From Fidelibacterota bacterium (GTDB taxonomy: Bacteria; Fidelibacterota; UBA2242), in NCBI GenBank assembly GCA_049975265.1, contig JBNGDF010000006.1:65160-129159 (forward strand): a stretch of DNA of 64,000 bases, read 5' to 3'. The notes beneath the pieces are model-generated. The model was given only the letters and a program-made list of their open reading frames with translations. It ran no database searches and was not told the DNA's origin. Below, in pieces: positions 1 to 10,514 of this stretch. The translations under genes were made by a program, and so were the position numbers. The first letter of the stretch is position 1. Each line of letters opens with the position of its first letter.

Positions 1-609
1 GTTGGTATAACCCACAAGCGCAACCCGATACTGGCTATCGCGTCCTTTGCGCTGGGTTTCCCGTTCCCGGTCAATCCGCTGCAGGTCTTTTTTCAATCGT
101 GCAATCCGGGTCCGGATCAGGCGGCGGTCCACCTCAATCTGAGTTTCACCAGCACCGCTGCGCATGCGGGTACCGCCGATTTGTCGCTCCAGATGGGTCC
201 AGCGTCTGGTCAGGCGGGGTAAAAGATACTCCAGTGACGCCAGCTCAACCTGGGTTTTTGCCTCTTTTGTACGGGCATGACTGGCAAAAATCTCCAGAAT
301 GACGCTGCTCCGGTCACGGATTTCGACATTTAATATTTTCTCCAGATTACGCAACTGGGTTGGCGAGAGATCATCATCAAAAATGACCTCGTCAACCGCC
401 AGCGCCGGCAGCAGGGTAGCAAGCTCAGCAACCTTACCTTTACCGATGTAGAGAGACGGGGAAATCTGTTTACGGTGGACCAGATAATAATCGGCGACCT
501 CATAGCCCAGCGTACGGACAAGCGCGCTCAGTTCCGCCAGATGCTCTTCCACCGTTTCCCGGCGGCGCAACGGCAGAATGACGCCCACCAGGATGACCCG
601 CTCAGCCAT
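1..609 (-). CDS. hflX: GTPase HflX, N-terminal part; runs off the window start
   Basis: Absent from the ORF track; translated by hand from ATG at 609: MAERVILVG...IFDDDLSPTQLRNLE...DRSSVILEIFASHARTKEAKTQVELASLEYLLPRL...GAGETQIEVDRR...VALVGYTN (start of G1 motif). Start overlaps the upstream stop codon. Confidence 0.95.
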   Translation of the reverse strand, partial: MAERVILVGVILPLRRRETVEEHLAELSALVRTLGYEVADYYLVHRKQISPSLYIGKGKVAELATLLPALAVDEVIFDDDLSPTQLRNLEKILNVEIRDRSSVILEIFASHARTKEAKTQVELASLEYLLPRLTRRWTHLERQIGGTRMRSGAGETQIEVDRRLIRTRIARLKKDLQRIDRERETQRKGRDSQYRVALVGYTN

Positions 610-2680
610 TTTTCAGACTCTCTTTGGTTTTTCGGTTCATACGACCAATATAAGTCTCCGCCAGTGCCAGAATCAAGACCAGCCCCATCAACCAGTTGCT
701 GAACTCCCGGCTATGTTCCAGAGGCTGTAAACCGCTGTCGGTATCACTGAAAACGACATTCAGCCTGCCGTGATAGTCACGTAAAATTTTTTCAAATTCC
801 TCAATTCCAAAAAAACCTTCCTCGGTCTCCTCCTCCGGAATGTTCACGGCATACTGAGTTATCTGCCGTCCCTGCGATAATATTTCATAAAAACCCGCTT
901 GCCCGGTATCCTCAAACCGGATAGGATCCTCCGTCCCCAGCGGCAGTTTGATCCGACGGTTGTCAGGCGTCCGAACGACCAAATCCTCGCGAATATTCAG
1001 GCGTGCCGGCGAGATTAACAGCGTATCGCCGCACTCCAGCTTCAAGCCCGCTATTTCCTGTTGAGACAGGTAAAAAACCAGACGATTCAGCACCGTCGGG
1101 AAAAAGCCGGTTAACGGAAGGTTACTCCAGTCGGCTACCGGCGCCGCGGCGGTCAGGATACCACGGTGAACATCAGAAAGGACTTCAATCATAAAGGGTG
1201 TCTTATCTTCAAACGTTGCAATGACGGTATGACTTTTGTTCAGGCTGAAGCCCGGCACGATGTAAAATTCCGGAGAATACTCAAAACCATCCTCTTTCCG
1301 CAAAAGCCGGCTAAACACCGGGTGGTTCAGATCAACCGATCCAATCTTTAAATACTGATCGGCTGATCCCTGCCGGGTAGTACGCCAGCGGGGGAATCCG
1401 TAACCATCGGCCCAGAGTGCATTGAACGTCTCCGGCGTACAATCCTCTCCCGGAAATACAAGTACCCGACGGCTTAATTGGAAATAGCGATCCAGTTTCC
1501 GGCGACCATTTTCCGGAATTTCATCGACATTGGAAAAAATCAGGACGTCATACCGGCTTAAATCCTCCGTCAAAAAGAGGTTGACCGACGCCAATCTGGT
1601 CCTGATACCGGCGGAAGCATCCGCCTCCAGCGCCCGCTTGATAAAGCGACTGTCGGCAGGGCTCCGGGATACAATCAGTACCTCAATCTGCGCCGGAACA
1701 TGAACATTAAAATAACGCTGGTTATCCGGCATCAGGTGGTCATCGGCAATTTCCAGTCGGGCACGTTGAAATCCCGGTGCAAAGGGCAGAAACTCGAAGC
1801 GGACAGTGGCTTCTCCGAAGGGCTCTACCAGCGCCAGCGCCTGACCCAGCTTCTGTTCGTCCAGATAAAGAGCGACCGGTACTTCACGAGACACCAGGCT
1901 CCAGTTCGCGAGACGTCCCTGAACCTGCGCCGGCTGATCGAGACGGAACAGCTGACCGGGTAAAAATACGGAAGAGAGAGCAACATTTTCCTTCTCTCCG
2001 TCAGCCGCAAAAAGGATGATCCGGGTATCTGTTTTTGTCATGAATTCAGCAAAGGGCTGGAGCGCACGGAAACCGGTTTTTTGAAAGTCACTGAGAATCC
2101 AGACCGCCGGATTCAGCTCCTGCTGGGTATCTAATTCAGCCTGAACAGATCGCAGCGCAGTCTCGATTTTTCCATGACGATTGGTAACGTCAACAGCCGC
2201 CAAAATCGCCACAACATCGGCTGAACTGGTGATCAGTCCGGCGTCATTGATCTGATTCGGGCGGGTGGTCTCAACTATTTTGAGATGAATGGGAAAATCG
2301 ATCTGCCCCGTAGCCGTGACCACGCCGGATTTCACGGCTTCCAGTACGCTCTGTCCTTTGACCTGAATCTGCATAGAGAGGGAATTGTCCACGATCAAAT
2401 AGAGGGTTTCGCCACGACCCACAAAAATACCGGGCGAGCGACTGCTGCGATAGGGGCGGGCAAAGCTGAGAATCAGCGCTGCGATCAGCAGAATGCGTAG
2501 GAGCAGCAGCAGAATCTGACGGATCCTGAGCTTCCTGATCAGGTCGATCTCCAGCTGCCTCAGAAACCGTAAGGTGCTGAACTCCTGTTTGGCATACCGC
2601 TGTCGCCCGATGAGATGAATAACGACGGGCAAGGCAGCCAACGGCAACAGATAGAGAAAAAATGGATGAATAAAAGACAT
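602..2680 (-). CDS. BatA-type N-terminal double-TM / vWA domain membrane protein
   Basis: N-terminal LPLAALPVVIHL...FSTLRFL...LLLLLRILL (BatA-type); vWA-like IVDNSLSM and ILSDFQ; C-terminal TM ending LAETY. Confidence 0.8.
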   Translation of the reverse strand: MSFIHPFFLYLLPLAALPVVIHLIGRQRYAKQEFSTLRFLRQLEIDLIRKLRIRQILLLLLRILLIAALILSFARPYRSSRSPGIFVGRGETLYLIVDNSLSMQIQVKGQSVLEAVKSGVVTATGQIDFPIHLKIVETTRPNQINDAGLITSSADVVAILAAVDVTNRHGKIETALRSVQAELDTQQELNPAVWILSDFQKTGFRALQPFAEFMTKTDTRIILFAADGEKENVALSSVFLPGQLFRLDQPAQVQGRLANWSLVSREVPVALYLDEQKLGQALALVEPFGEATVRFEFLPFAPGFQRARLEIADDHLMPDNQRYFNVHVPAQIEVLIVSRSPADSRFIKRALEADASAGIRTRLASVNLFLTEDLSRYDVLIFSNVDEIPENGRRKLDRYFQLSRRVLVFPGEDCTPETFNALWADGYGFPRWRTTRQGSADQYLKIGSVDLNHPVFSRLLRKEDGFEYSPEFYIVPGFSLNKSHTVIATFEDKTPFMIEVLSDVHRGILTAAAPVADWSNLPLTGFFPTVLNRLVFYLSQQEIAGLKLECGDTLLISPARLNIREDLVVRTPDNRRIKLPLGTEDPIRFEDTGQAGFYEILSQGRQITQYAVNIPEEETEEGFFGIEEFEKILRDYHGRLNVVFSDTDSGLQPLEHSREFSNWLMGLVLILALAETYIGRMNRKTKESLKNG

Positions 2681-2692
2681 CAGACCGAAGGA

Positions 2693-3274
2693 TTATACTA
2701 AAAAATACATGAGCAGGGCGGACATCGTGGGGATGACCAGATTATCGTCCAGCCGACCGGTTACCAACTCCAGTCCGCCGGCGAGTACTGCTCCCGCCAA
2801 CTTGACATACAGGTCGACTCCCGGGATCCACCAGGTGACCAGCAGGCTGGCGGCGATAAACGCCAGTGTCCCTTCCAGGGTTTTGGAACGGGACAGCCGG
2901 ATTTTGCCATATGCCATTCCCACCAGACAGGCACTGGGATCACCGACCAGGATAAACAACATGGCAATCACGGCAATCGTCTTGGGAAACAGGTAGACCA
3001 CCAGCAGCGATCCCAACAGCAGGTAACTGGCACCAGTGAGATGATTGGCATGTTCATGAGGTCGGGTGATATCGCCGAAAAAGCGATTATATATAGTGCG
3101 ACAGGCAGGTATCCTGATCCGCAGGATCTCGATGATCAGCATCCCCGCCGACAGGATTAGCAGAATAAGGACCGCCTCTCTCTTTTCCAGAAAAAAATAG
3201 TAGGTCAGCGGAATCAAACCGGTTAAATAGTGGATAGCCTTGCGAGCCAGCTCCGATTTAGGGATTTCATTCAC
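2693..3274 (-). CDS. Dolichol/phytol kinase-like (SEC59/DGK1/VTE5, CTP-dependent) membrane protein
   Basis: ELARKAIH, GDPSACLVG, KTLEGT and DDNLVIP motifs; multi-TM. Confidence 0.8.
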   Translation of the reverse strand: MNEIPKSELARKAIHYLTGLIPLTYYFFLEKREAVLILLILSAGMLIIEILRIRIPACRTIYNRFFGDITRPHEHANHLTGASYLLLGSLLVVYLFPKTIAVIAMLFILVGDPSACLVGMAYGKIRLSRSKTLEGTLAFIAASLLVTWWIPGVDLYVKLAGAVLAGGLELVTGRLDDNLVIPTMSALLMYFLV

Positions 3275-3917
3275 TTTTAAGTCTCTCCGTCAAAGCGCGA
3301 AAATTATCACCGGGTTCCCCGTTTGAAAAAACAGCTGAACCGGCAACGATTAAATCCACCCCGGCCGATTTGGCGTCCACTATGGTGTGAATATTCACAC
3401 CGCCATCGATCTCAATGGGGAAGCCGTATTTTTGAGAATAGGGTTTAGCCAGACGCACTTTATCGAGTGCCTCCTTAATCATCGTCTGCCCCCCAAATCC
3501 CGGTTCCACCGTCATCACCAGCAGATGCTCGGTATGCTCCAGATAGGGTACAATATCCAGGAAAGGGGTTGGCGGATTGATCACCAAACCGGGTTTCGCT
3601 CCCAAACGGCGAATCGTCTCAAAATCCCGCAACACATCCCGGCTGGACTCGATATGAATCCCCACCGTGTCACTCCCGGCTTTGATATAGGGTTCTATGA
3701 ATTTCTCGGGATCCGTGATCATCAGGTGGGATTCCAGATGCAAGTGCGTAATTTTCCGAATAGCCTCCACAATAAAAGGACCAATGGTAATGTTCGGAAC
3801 GAAGTGACCGTCCATAATATCCAGATGCAGCCGTTTGGCACCGGCAATCTCCACCGCTCGGATCTCTTCCCCTAATTGGGTAAAATCGGCAGACAACAAG
3901 GATGGTACGATCTCCAT
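3267..3917 (-). CDS. rpe: Ribulose-phosphate 3-epimerase
   Basis: PSLLSADF, HLDIMDGHFVPN, HLM, MTVEPGFGGQ, IDGG, VAGS. Start moved to ATG 3917 (MEIVPS), just after the PASTA gene stop. Confidence 0.97.
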   Translation of the reverse strand: MEIVPSLLSADFTQLGEEIRAVEIAGAKRLHLDIMDGHFVPNITIGPFIVEAIRKITHLHLESHLMITDPEKFIEPYIKAGSDTVGIHIESSRDVLRDFETIRRLGAKPGLVINPPTPFLDIVPYLEHTEHLLVMTVEPGFGGQTMIKEALDKVRLAKPYSQKYGFPIEIDGGVNIHTIVDAKSAGVDLIVAGSAVFSNGEPGDNFRALTERLKSE

Positions 3918-3918
3918 T

Positions 3919-4665
3919 TTAATCTCCGGTATGGCTGGTAATGGTAACCTCCAGATCAATGGCAACCGGATTATCATAGAGAATCCCAAATTCCGGCTGC
4001 TGCCCGATCACCGTGTAGGCGACCAGATCATCATTGGTGATATAGCGAATTGACCCCACCTCGAATCCGGTATTGCGGATCAATACCTTTGCCTCTTCGA
4101 GATTCAGCCCAAACAGGTCGGGTACCTGCAACTGGCGGGGTGGCAACCCCTTACTGACCACCAGCGATACGCTGTCGTTGGACGAAACCATCTGCCGGGG
4201 ACGGATGGACTGAGCCGTGATGACACCGTTGGGCTTTTCCGAAGAATATTCATAACTGATATCCGCCACCTCTAAGTGCAGACGCTGCAGCTCCAGATTC
4301 GCCGCTTTCAAAACCTTCCCCACCAGATTCGGCATGGGAAAGAAGTGCTCGCCGCCTATGATCACCAGGCGGACAACCCGACCCTTTTTCACCGGCGTAC
4401 CGGCGGGTGGCTGCTGATCTACAATAGTCTGTGGAGGGTATTTTTCATCATGAGTGGTATCAATTACCTCATAATGCAAGCCAATCATATCGAAGATGAT
4501 CGCCGCTTCATCCAGCGACCGCCCACAGACATCCACCAGCGAAATCTCTTCGCCGTGCTCTACATAAAGCGGCATCACGATTTTGTCCATTACCAGTACA
4601 AATCCGGCGGTAAAAATGACAAAAACCGTTAAAAAACGAATCCAGTTGCGTACTCTGATGGTCAT
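3919..4665 (-). CDS. Membrane-anchored protein with three PASTA domains and no kinase domain
   Basis: N-terminal TM; repeats beginning VDVCG / MPNLVG / VPDLFG, each followed by a Q-x-P-type motif (QQPPAG, QSIRP, QQPEFG). Confidence 0.88.
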   Translation of the reverse strand: MTIRVRNWIRFLTVFVIFTAGFVLVMDKIVMPLYVEHGEEISLVDVCGRSLDEAAIIFDMIGLHYEVIDTTHDEKYPPQTIVDQQPPAGTPVKKGRVVRLVIIGGEHFFPMPNLVGKVLKAANLELQRLHLEVADISYEYSSEKPNGVITAQSIRPRQMVSSNDSVSLVVSKGLPPRQLQVPDLFGLNLEEAKVLIRNTGFEVGSIRYITNDDLVAYTVIGQQPEFGILYDNPVAIDLEVTITSHTGD

Positions 4666-4666
4666 T

Positions 4667-6001
4667 TTATATTCTCATCTGTTGCTTTTTCGACAGTCGG
4701 ACGGCGAAGGCGCCGGTCGCCTGGTGGACGTGCGGCAGTACCTGCACGGTACCCTTCCTGTCAATCCATTTTTCCATCCCAAATCGATCGGCTGACTCGA
4801 TATGAAACTCTTCCTCATTCTCCAAAAACCACTCGATATTCTGCCAGTTTTCCTCCGGCTCAATGGAACAGGTGCTGTAAACCATTACTCCGCCCGGCTT
4901 CACGAATCTGCTCACATTCCTCAATATTTGCCTCTGGATTGTAACGAGCTCCTTTAGCTCTTCCGGGCTCCGATTCCAGCGCAAATCCGCCCGGCGCGCC
5001 ATCACACCCGTTCCGCTACAGGGTACATCAATCAAAATTTTGTCAGCCATCGGATACGTCGCTGAGCGGGCGTCGGCAATGCCGTAATTTACAAAATCAA
5101 TCCCTAATCGAAAGCCCTCATTTCGCATCAGTACTACTTTATCCGGTGACACATCATAAGCCCATAGCGTACTCCGGCGACCCGCCAGCTGTGCAATCAT
5201 TGTCGTCTTACCGCCGGGCGCCGCACAGACATCCAGAATCAGGTCACCCTCAAGCGGGTCCAGCAAACGAACCGCCAGCGACTGAGTGAAGTCCTGTACC
5301 GAAAAACAGCCCTGTTTGAAAAAATCGCTGCGCAACAGATCACCGGGACGATCCGTAAAGAAAAAAACCGGGCTCAAATCGGTTGCCAACTGCACACCAT
5401 ACCGCCGGGCAATCAGCTTTACATACAGCTCTTTCCAGGAAATTTTCAGCGGGTTATGACGAAAATAGATCCGCTGGTAGCGATTATTGAATTCAGCAAT
5501 CTTGCGGGTATTTTCAAACCCATAGCGGGCAATCCAGCGCTCAATTAACCATCGCGGATGAGAGCACTGCAACGCCAGAGTGTCAGATTCAGGCAAAGCA
5601 TCCAGCCGAGACTCCAGGAGTTCCCTTGATGGCAAATGCCGCAACACCGCATTGATCAGACCGGTTGCATGAAATTTATTCAGTTGACGCGCAGCAGCGA
5701 CCGTCTCATTGGTGAACGCATGCGCCGGGGTGTTCAATTCCAGATATTGAAAAACACCCAGACGCAACAGATTCAGCACCGTTTTTTCAAACTTGTGGAC
5801 CGGTCGCTGAGCAGCCATTTCGATCACAAAATCCAGGCGAGGGCGGTGCAGGATAACACCTTTGACCAGCAGATACAGAAAATCGCGGTCCCGGCGTGAC
5901 AAATGCAAATCATCCGCCTTTTGAGCAATCTTCTGCTCGTAATCGAAATAGGGATCCTGGGCGGAATTCAGAACACAGACGGCAGCAGCACGAACATTCA
6001 C
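4667..6001 (-). CDS. rsmB: 16S rRNA m5C967 methyltransferase RsmB (NusB-like N-terminus)
   Basis: SHPRWL, VQD, LDVCAAPGGKT, DVPCSGTG, YSTCSI. Likely GTG start at 6001 overlapping the fmt stop (GTGA). Confidence 0.93.
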   Translation of the reverse strand: MNVRAAAVCVLNSAQDPYFDYEQKIAQKADDLHLSRRDRDFLYLLVKGVILHRPRLDFVIEMAAQRPVHKFEKTVLNLLRLGVFQYLELNTPAHAFTNETVAAARQLNKFHATGLINAVLRHLPSRELLESRLDALPESDTLALQCSHPRWLIERWIARYGFENTRKIAEFNNRYQRIYFRHNPLKISWKELYVKLIARRYGVQLATDLSPVFFFTDRPGDLLRSDFFKQGCFSVQDFTQSLAVRLLDPLEGDLILDVCAAPGGKTTMIAQLAGRRSTLWAYDVSPDKVVLMRNEGFRLGIDFVNYGIADARSATYPMADKILIDVPCSGTGVMARRADLRWNRSPEELKELVTIQRQILRNVSRFVKPGGVMVYSTCSIEPEENWQNIEWFLENEEEFHIESADRFGMEKWIDRKGTVQVLPHVHQATGAFAVRLSKKQQMRI

Positions 6002-6927
6002 GACCGGAAGGAGTCTCCGGTTTTGCCCTGAAAACCGCACAAAAATTCCGTCACCGGCAGAGCCTTCTTTCCTTCCGCCTGTAACTCAAGAGGAAAGAGA
6101 ATCCCGGAACCGGTCTGAATTCCCAGCCGGTTTTTGCCCGCTTCAACAATGGTTCCCGGCGGTCTCCCCGCATCATCACTGGTACATTGAGCCCGTAAAA
6201 ACTTGACTCGTTTGCCGCCGAAGAATGAGAACGCACCCGGAGCCGGTGACAGTCCGTGAATCAGGTGCTGGATTGTGCCAGCATCTTTTGACCAGTCAAT
6301 CCGCCCTGTCTCGGCATGGATTTTCGGCGCGCGGGTAGCCTGTGAATCGTCCTGAGGGATAGAGATGACAGTGCCGCTTTCCAGCCGGTTCAGCACCTCC
6401 ACCAGTGCCGCGCCACCCAGCTGTGCCAACCGGGTATACAGCTCACCATAGGTCTCTTGTTCCCCGATCGCCACCCTCTCTTGAAACAGGATATCCCCCG
6501 TATCGACCTGCGGTGTAATCTGAAATACCGTAATCCCGGTCTCTTTTTCACCGTTGATAATCGCCCAGTTGATGGGTGCAGCGCCCCGATATTGCGGCAG
6601 CAGCGAGGCATGCAGATTAATGGCACCCAGCCGGGCAGCCCGGATCACCTCATCCGGCAATATGCGGAAGGCAACAACTACGATAAGATCGGCTTGCATG
6701 CTGCGGATTTGCTCCAGAAATTCAGGGCTATTCAGCGATGGTGGCTGCAGAATCGGCAGACTCAGCTGCCGAGCCAGCTGTTTAATCGGCATTTCACAAA
6801 CGGTCCGACCCCGTCCCGCCGGTTTGTCACAACCGGTCACCACACCGGCTATCCGATGACCGGATTCCGCAATCGCCCGTAACCCCGGAACCGCAAATTC
6901 CGGGGTGCCCATGTAAATTATTTTCAT
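5998..6927 (-). CDS. fmt: Methionyl-tRNA formyltransferase
   Basis: MGTPEFA, INLHASLLPQYRGAAPINWAI, DTGD. Confidence 0.97.
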   Translation of the reverse strand: MKIIYMGTPEFAVPGLRAIAESGHRIAGVVTGCDKPAGRGRTVCEMPIKQLARQLSLPILQPPSLNSPEFLEQIRSMQADLIVVVAFRILPDEVIRAARLGAINLHASLLPQYRGAAPINWAIINGEKETGITVFQITPQVDTGDILFQERVAIGEQETYGELYTRLAQLGGAALVEVLNRLESGTVISIPQDDSQATRAPKIHAETGRIDWSKDAGTIQHLIHGLSPAPGAFSFFGGKRVKFLRAQCTSDDAGRPPGTIVEAGKNRLGIQTGSGILFPLELQAEGKKALPVTEFLCGFQGKTGDSFRS

Positions 6928-6933
6928 GGAAGA

Positions 6934-7467
6934 TTAAATCGTAATGGGTTCAGTCTGGTTTGTACCTTTTTCGGCAATGCGTTTTAATTTTGATTGAATA
7001 AAGCTGCGTTTCAGCGGGCTGAGCCGCTCCACAAAGAGAACTCCATTGAGATGATCCACTTCATGCTGGACAACCCGCGCCGGAAATCCCGTAAATTCTC
7101 TTTCCAGTATCTCCCGTTCAAGATTTTCATAGCGGACCCTGATTTCATACGCCCGGGTAACCTTCTCGCGGATTCCCGGAATGCTCAGGCAGCCCTCTTC
7201 CAGAATGTCGCTTCCGCGCTTTTCCAGGATTTCCGGGTTGATAAAAACCTCCCGCGACAGGGTTTTATCATGGAGCGAGAAATCGGCAATAAAAAAGCGC
7301 TGGTCCAGACCGACCTGATTGGCGGACAGACCGATCCCGTCATCGCTGTACATGGTCGTGTACATCCGTTCCAGAAATTGCGGAAATGCCCGGGGCAACT
7401 CGCCAACTCGGCGGGTATTGCGCAATAGCAGCGGACTGCCATAGAGATATATCTCCAGAGAATCCAT
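6934..7467 (-). CDS. def: Peptide deformylase
   Basis: GIGLSANQVG, EGCLS, QHEVDHLNG. Confidence 0.97.
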   Translation of the reverse strand: MDSLEIYLYGSPLLLRNTRRVGELPRAFPQFLERMYTTMYSDDGIGLSANQVGLDQRFFIADFSLHDKTLSREVFINPEILEKRGSDILEEGCLSIPGIREKVTRAYEIRVRYENLEREILEREFTGFPARVVQHEVDHLNGVLFVERLSPLKRSFIQSKLKRIAEKGTNQTEPITI

Positions 7468-7468
7468 G

Positions 7469-7804
7469 CTATTTTACAACCGACTTGTCAACCAGCTTTT
7501 CCGCCACGGCGGACCGGGTAATATGAATTTTGACATCCTTGGCAATCTTGATGATCAGGATGCCTTCGCTTTCACGCAGGCCTTCGATTTTACCGTAAAT
7601 ACCACCAATCGTCAGAACTTCGTCGCCCGGCTTCAACTCTTTCAGCATCTGCTGTTTCTCTTTCTGCTTTTTCGCCTGAGGACGAATCATCAGCAGATAC
7701 ATGATCAGAATAATTGCCAAAAAGGGCAAAAGGGACAGAATCGGGTTGCCCTGCTGGGCGCCGGCTCCGCCACCCATTGTACCGGCATAAAGTAATGTGT
7801 TCAC
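7469..7804 (-). CDS. yajC: Preprotein translocase subunit YajC
   Basis: TM followed by MIRPQAKKQKE, LKPGDEVLTIGGIYG; GTG start. Confidence 0.95.
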   Translation of the reverse strand: MNTLLYAGTMGGGAGAQQGNPILSLLPFLAIILIMYLLMIRPQAKKQKEKQQMLKELKPGDEVLTIGGIYGKIEGLRESEGILIIKIAKDVKIHITRSAVAEKLVDKSVVK

Positions 7805-7838
7805 GTAACCTCCAATTTCAAATCATCGTTAAGTTTAA

Positions 7839-9410
7839 TCAATCTATCCGGTAATGGCAACCCCGACTTCCTTTGTGCAGGCGGGCGGCATGCAACACCA
7901 GCAGCGAGGTCGTCGCCGCATGGCGCAGTCCGATCAGCTCATCACTCAGTTCACTATGATGGTAAAAATGCTGAATATCCTGATTAAGCTGCCATAAAAT
8001 CCCAAAAGCCCGTTCCAGCTTCTTTTTTGTCCGCACAATCCCCACATAGTTCCACATGGTTTGGCGAATGATCGAGCGGTCCTGCCGGATCAGGTCCGGA
8101 TCAATCGCCTCCGTCTCCTTTCTCCAGGCGGAGACGGCTGGTTTGATCATCTCCTCTCTGGCGATCTGTGTTGCGGCATCCTGACCCGCGATGACGCCAA
8201 AAACCAGGCACTCCAGCAGCGAACTGCTGGCGAGACGATTGGCTCCGTGCAAGCCGGTGCAGGCAACCTCACCGACGGCTTTCAGGCGCCGGATCGTGGT
8301 ATTCGCCCGCATGTCCGTCGCCACACCACCACACTCATAATGCGCCGCCGGAACCACCGGAATCCCTTCGGTGGTGATATCAACCTTATGTTCCAGACAT
8401 TTCTTATAAATCTTCGGAAAGCGCTTTTTGATCCAGGCACTGTCGCGATGGGTAATATCGAGATAAACAAATTTGCTATCCGTTTCGTTCATCTCCGTTA
8501 TGATGGCACGGGCAACGATGTCCCGGGGTGCCAGGTTCCCCAATTCATGATATCGTTTCATGAAATCTTCACCCCGCTTATTGCGGAGTACCGCACCTTC
8601 ACCCCGGAGTGCTTCCGTAATCAGAAAACGCTCCTCATTTGTCGAGAAAAGCGTAGTGGGATGAAACTGGACATACTCCATATTCATAATCCGGGCACCC
8701 GCCCGGTACGCCATGGCGTAACCGTCGCCGCGAATGCGGGTTGAGGGATTAGACGTATGCAGGTAAAGACTGCCCAGTCCGCCGGTGGCGAGGATGGTAT
8801 ATTTTGCCATTACCGGATAGACCTCTTTTTCCTTCTGATTAAATACATAGGCGCCGACGCAGGTGCTGGGCTCATAGATATGCAGGGGATTTCGGGAGTG
8901 GTGCGCCAGCGTGATCAAATCCACGGCGGTGACATTCTGCATGATCGCAATATTGTCCAATGCCCGGATTCGCCGCACAAAGCAGTCCTGAATCGATTGT
9001 CCGGTATAATCTTTGACAAAAGCGATCCGTGAAAAGCTGTGGGAGCCCTCCTTTGTCAGTGCCAGTTTGCCGTCGCTATTTCGATTAAAGGGAACCTTCA
9101 GTTCGTCACACAGTATTCGCTCGACACACTCCGGACCTCTCTGCCAGATGACCCGCACGGCATCTTCGTTGACAATCCCGGCACCGGCACGCTGGAAATC
9201 GCGCAAAAAGCTCTCTTCGGTATCCTTATCCGCCCGGTAAATAATCCCCCCCTGCGCATAATAGGACGAAGACTCCGGCAGGTCTGCCTGCGCGGTAATC
9301 AGCACGACCCTAAGACCTTCGCGGGCGGCGGCATAGGCGGCTGACAATCCCGCCAATCCCGTACCGATCACCAAAACATCTGTATCTATGAAATGATCTC
9401 TTGATTTCAT
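7839..9410 (-). CDS. nadB: L-aspartate oxidase
   Basis: GTGLAG, SYYAQGG, EGSHS, QFHPT, LITEALRGEG, LAPRDIVAR, PAAHYECGG, GLHGANRLAS; adjacent to nadA. Confidence 0.95.
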   Translation of the reverse strand: MKSRDHFIDTDVLVIGTGLAGLSAAYAAAREGLRVVLITAQADLPESSSYYAQGGIIYRADKDTEESFLRDFQRAGAGIVNEDAVRVIWQRGPECVERILCDELKVPFNRNSDGKLALTKEGSHSFSRIAFVKDYTGQSIQDCFVRRIRALDNIAIMQNVTAVDLITLAHHSRNPLHIYEPSTCVGAYVFNQKEKEVYPVMAKYTILATGGLGSLYLHTSNPSTRIRGDGYAMAYRAGARIMNMEYVQFHPTTLFSTNEERFLITEALRGEGAVLRNKRGEDFMKRYHELGNLAPRDIVARAIITEMNETDSKFVYLDITHRDSAWIKKRFPKIYKKCLEHKVDITTEGIPVVPAAHYECGGVATDMRANTTIRRLKAVGEVACTGLHGANRLASSSLLECLVFGVIAGQDAATQIAREEMIKPAVSAWRKETEAIDPDLIRQDRSIIRQTMWNYVGIVRTKKKLERAFGILWQLNQDIQHFYHHSELSDELIGLRHAATTSLLVLHAARLHKGSRGCHYRID

Positions 9411-10498
9411 GATTTTAGCTCCAACATTCGCTGCAATGCCTTCCGGGCACCAGCCGCAAAACGTTCTGCCACCACCACACGGTTGATCAGGTTGCCCCGA
9501 TCCAGCTGATCCAGCTGAAATGCCAGTTTCTCCAGACTGATCTGTGCCATAGTCCGACAGGCGGGTTCAGAAGAGTGCAGTATTTCAATCCGTTGTTCGG
9601 GGTGTTCGTTCTGCAATCGGTTCACCAGGTTTTTTTCCGTTCCGATTGCCCAGTGTGTCCCCGGCGGCGCATTTTTTACTTTTTCAATGATATCCGCTGT
9701 GCTGCCCATTTCATCGGCGGACCGGGCTACGTCAAAATTACATTCCGGATGAACGATAATGCGAATCCGTGGATCCTCCCGGCGGAACCGCTCGATGGTG
9801 TCACCGTCAAATTCCTGGTGAACATCACAGAAACCGTCCCAGAGAATTACCCGCGCCTGGCGAATCGATTTCTCCGATACGGCACCGTCGGTTTCATCAG
9901 AATTCCAGAGAATGATTTCAGCCAGGTCAATGCCCATTTTATAAGCCGTATTACGTCCCAGATGCTGATCGGGAAAAAAGAAAACCTTGTCACCCCGCTC
10001 AAACGCCCATGTCAGCGCCGCCGCCGCATTGGATGAGGTACAGACCAGACCGCCGTTCTCGCCGCAAAACGCCTTCAGATCGGCGCCGGAATTGACATAG
10101 GTTATCGGCACAATCCGTGCCCCACTCCACGAGCGGAGCGTCCGCCAGGCGGTTACCACCGATTCAATGCGCGCACAATCCGCCAGAAAACAGCCGGCGG
10201 TGGGGTCTGGAATAAACACCTGCTGCTCCGGACGAGTCACAATATCGGCGGTTTCTGCCATAAAATGCACGCCGCAGAAAACGATGTACTCCGCTGTTGC
10301 CGCAGCGGCAATCTTTGCCAGTGCAAAGGAATCGCCCCGCCGGTCGGCATGAGCGATGATAGCGTCACTCATGTAATGATGACCCAGGATCAGTAAACGC
10401 CTGCCGAATTTCCTTTTTACTCTGGTAATCAGCTCATCTAATTCATGCCCGGGCTTATTGAAAAAAGGATCGGATAAGGATATTGGATTAATCGTCAT
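9407..10498 (-). CDS. nadA: Quinolinate synthase
   Basis: LGHHY, GDS, FCGVHFMAE, AGCFLAD, YVNS, CTSSNA, PDQHLG, CDVH, HPEC; three cluster Cys present. Confidence 0.96.
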   Translation of the reverse strand: MTINPISLSDPFFNKPGHELDELITRVKRKFGRRLLILGHHYMSDAIIAHADRRGDSFALAKIAAAATAEYIVFCGVHFMAETADIVTRPEQQVFIPDPTAGCFLADCARIESVVTAWRTLRSWSGARIVPITYVNSGADLKAFCGENGGLVCTSSNAAAALTWAFERGDKVFFFPDQHLGRNTAYKMGIDLAEIILWNSDETDGAVSEKSIRQARVILWDGFCDVHQEFDGDTIERFRREDPRIRIIVHPECNFDVARSADEMGSTADIIEKVKNAPPGTHWAIGTEKNLVNRLQNEHPEQRIEILHSSEPACRTMAQISLEKLAFQLDQLDRGNLINRVVVAERFAAGARKALQRMLELKS

Positions 10499-10514
10499 GA
10501 AACGGTCTTTCGAT

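Noticed and set aside
99..702. Short ORFs 99-302, 330-521 and 475-702
   Set aside because: They overlap the hflX frame (609 to 1, minus strand), which the track missed because it runs off the window.
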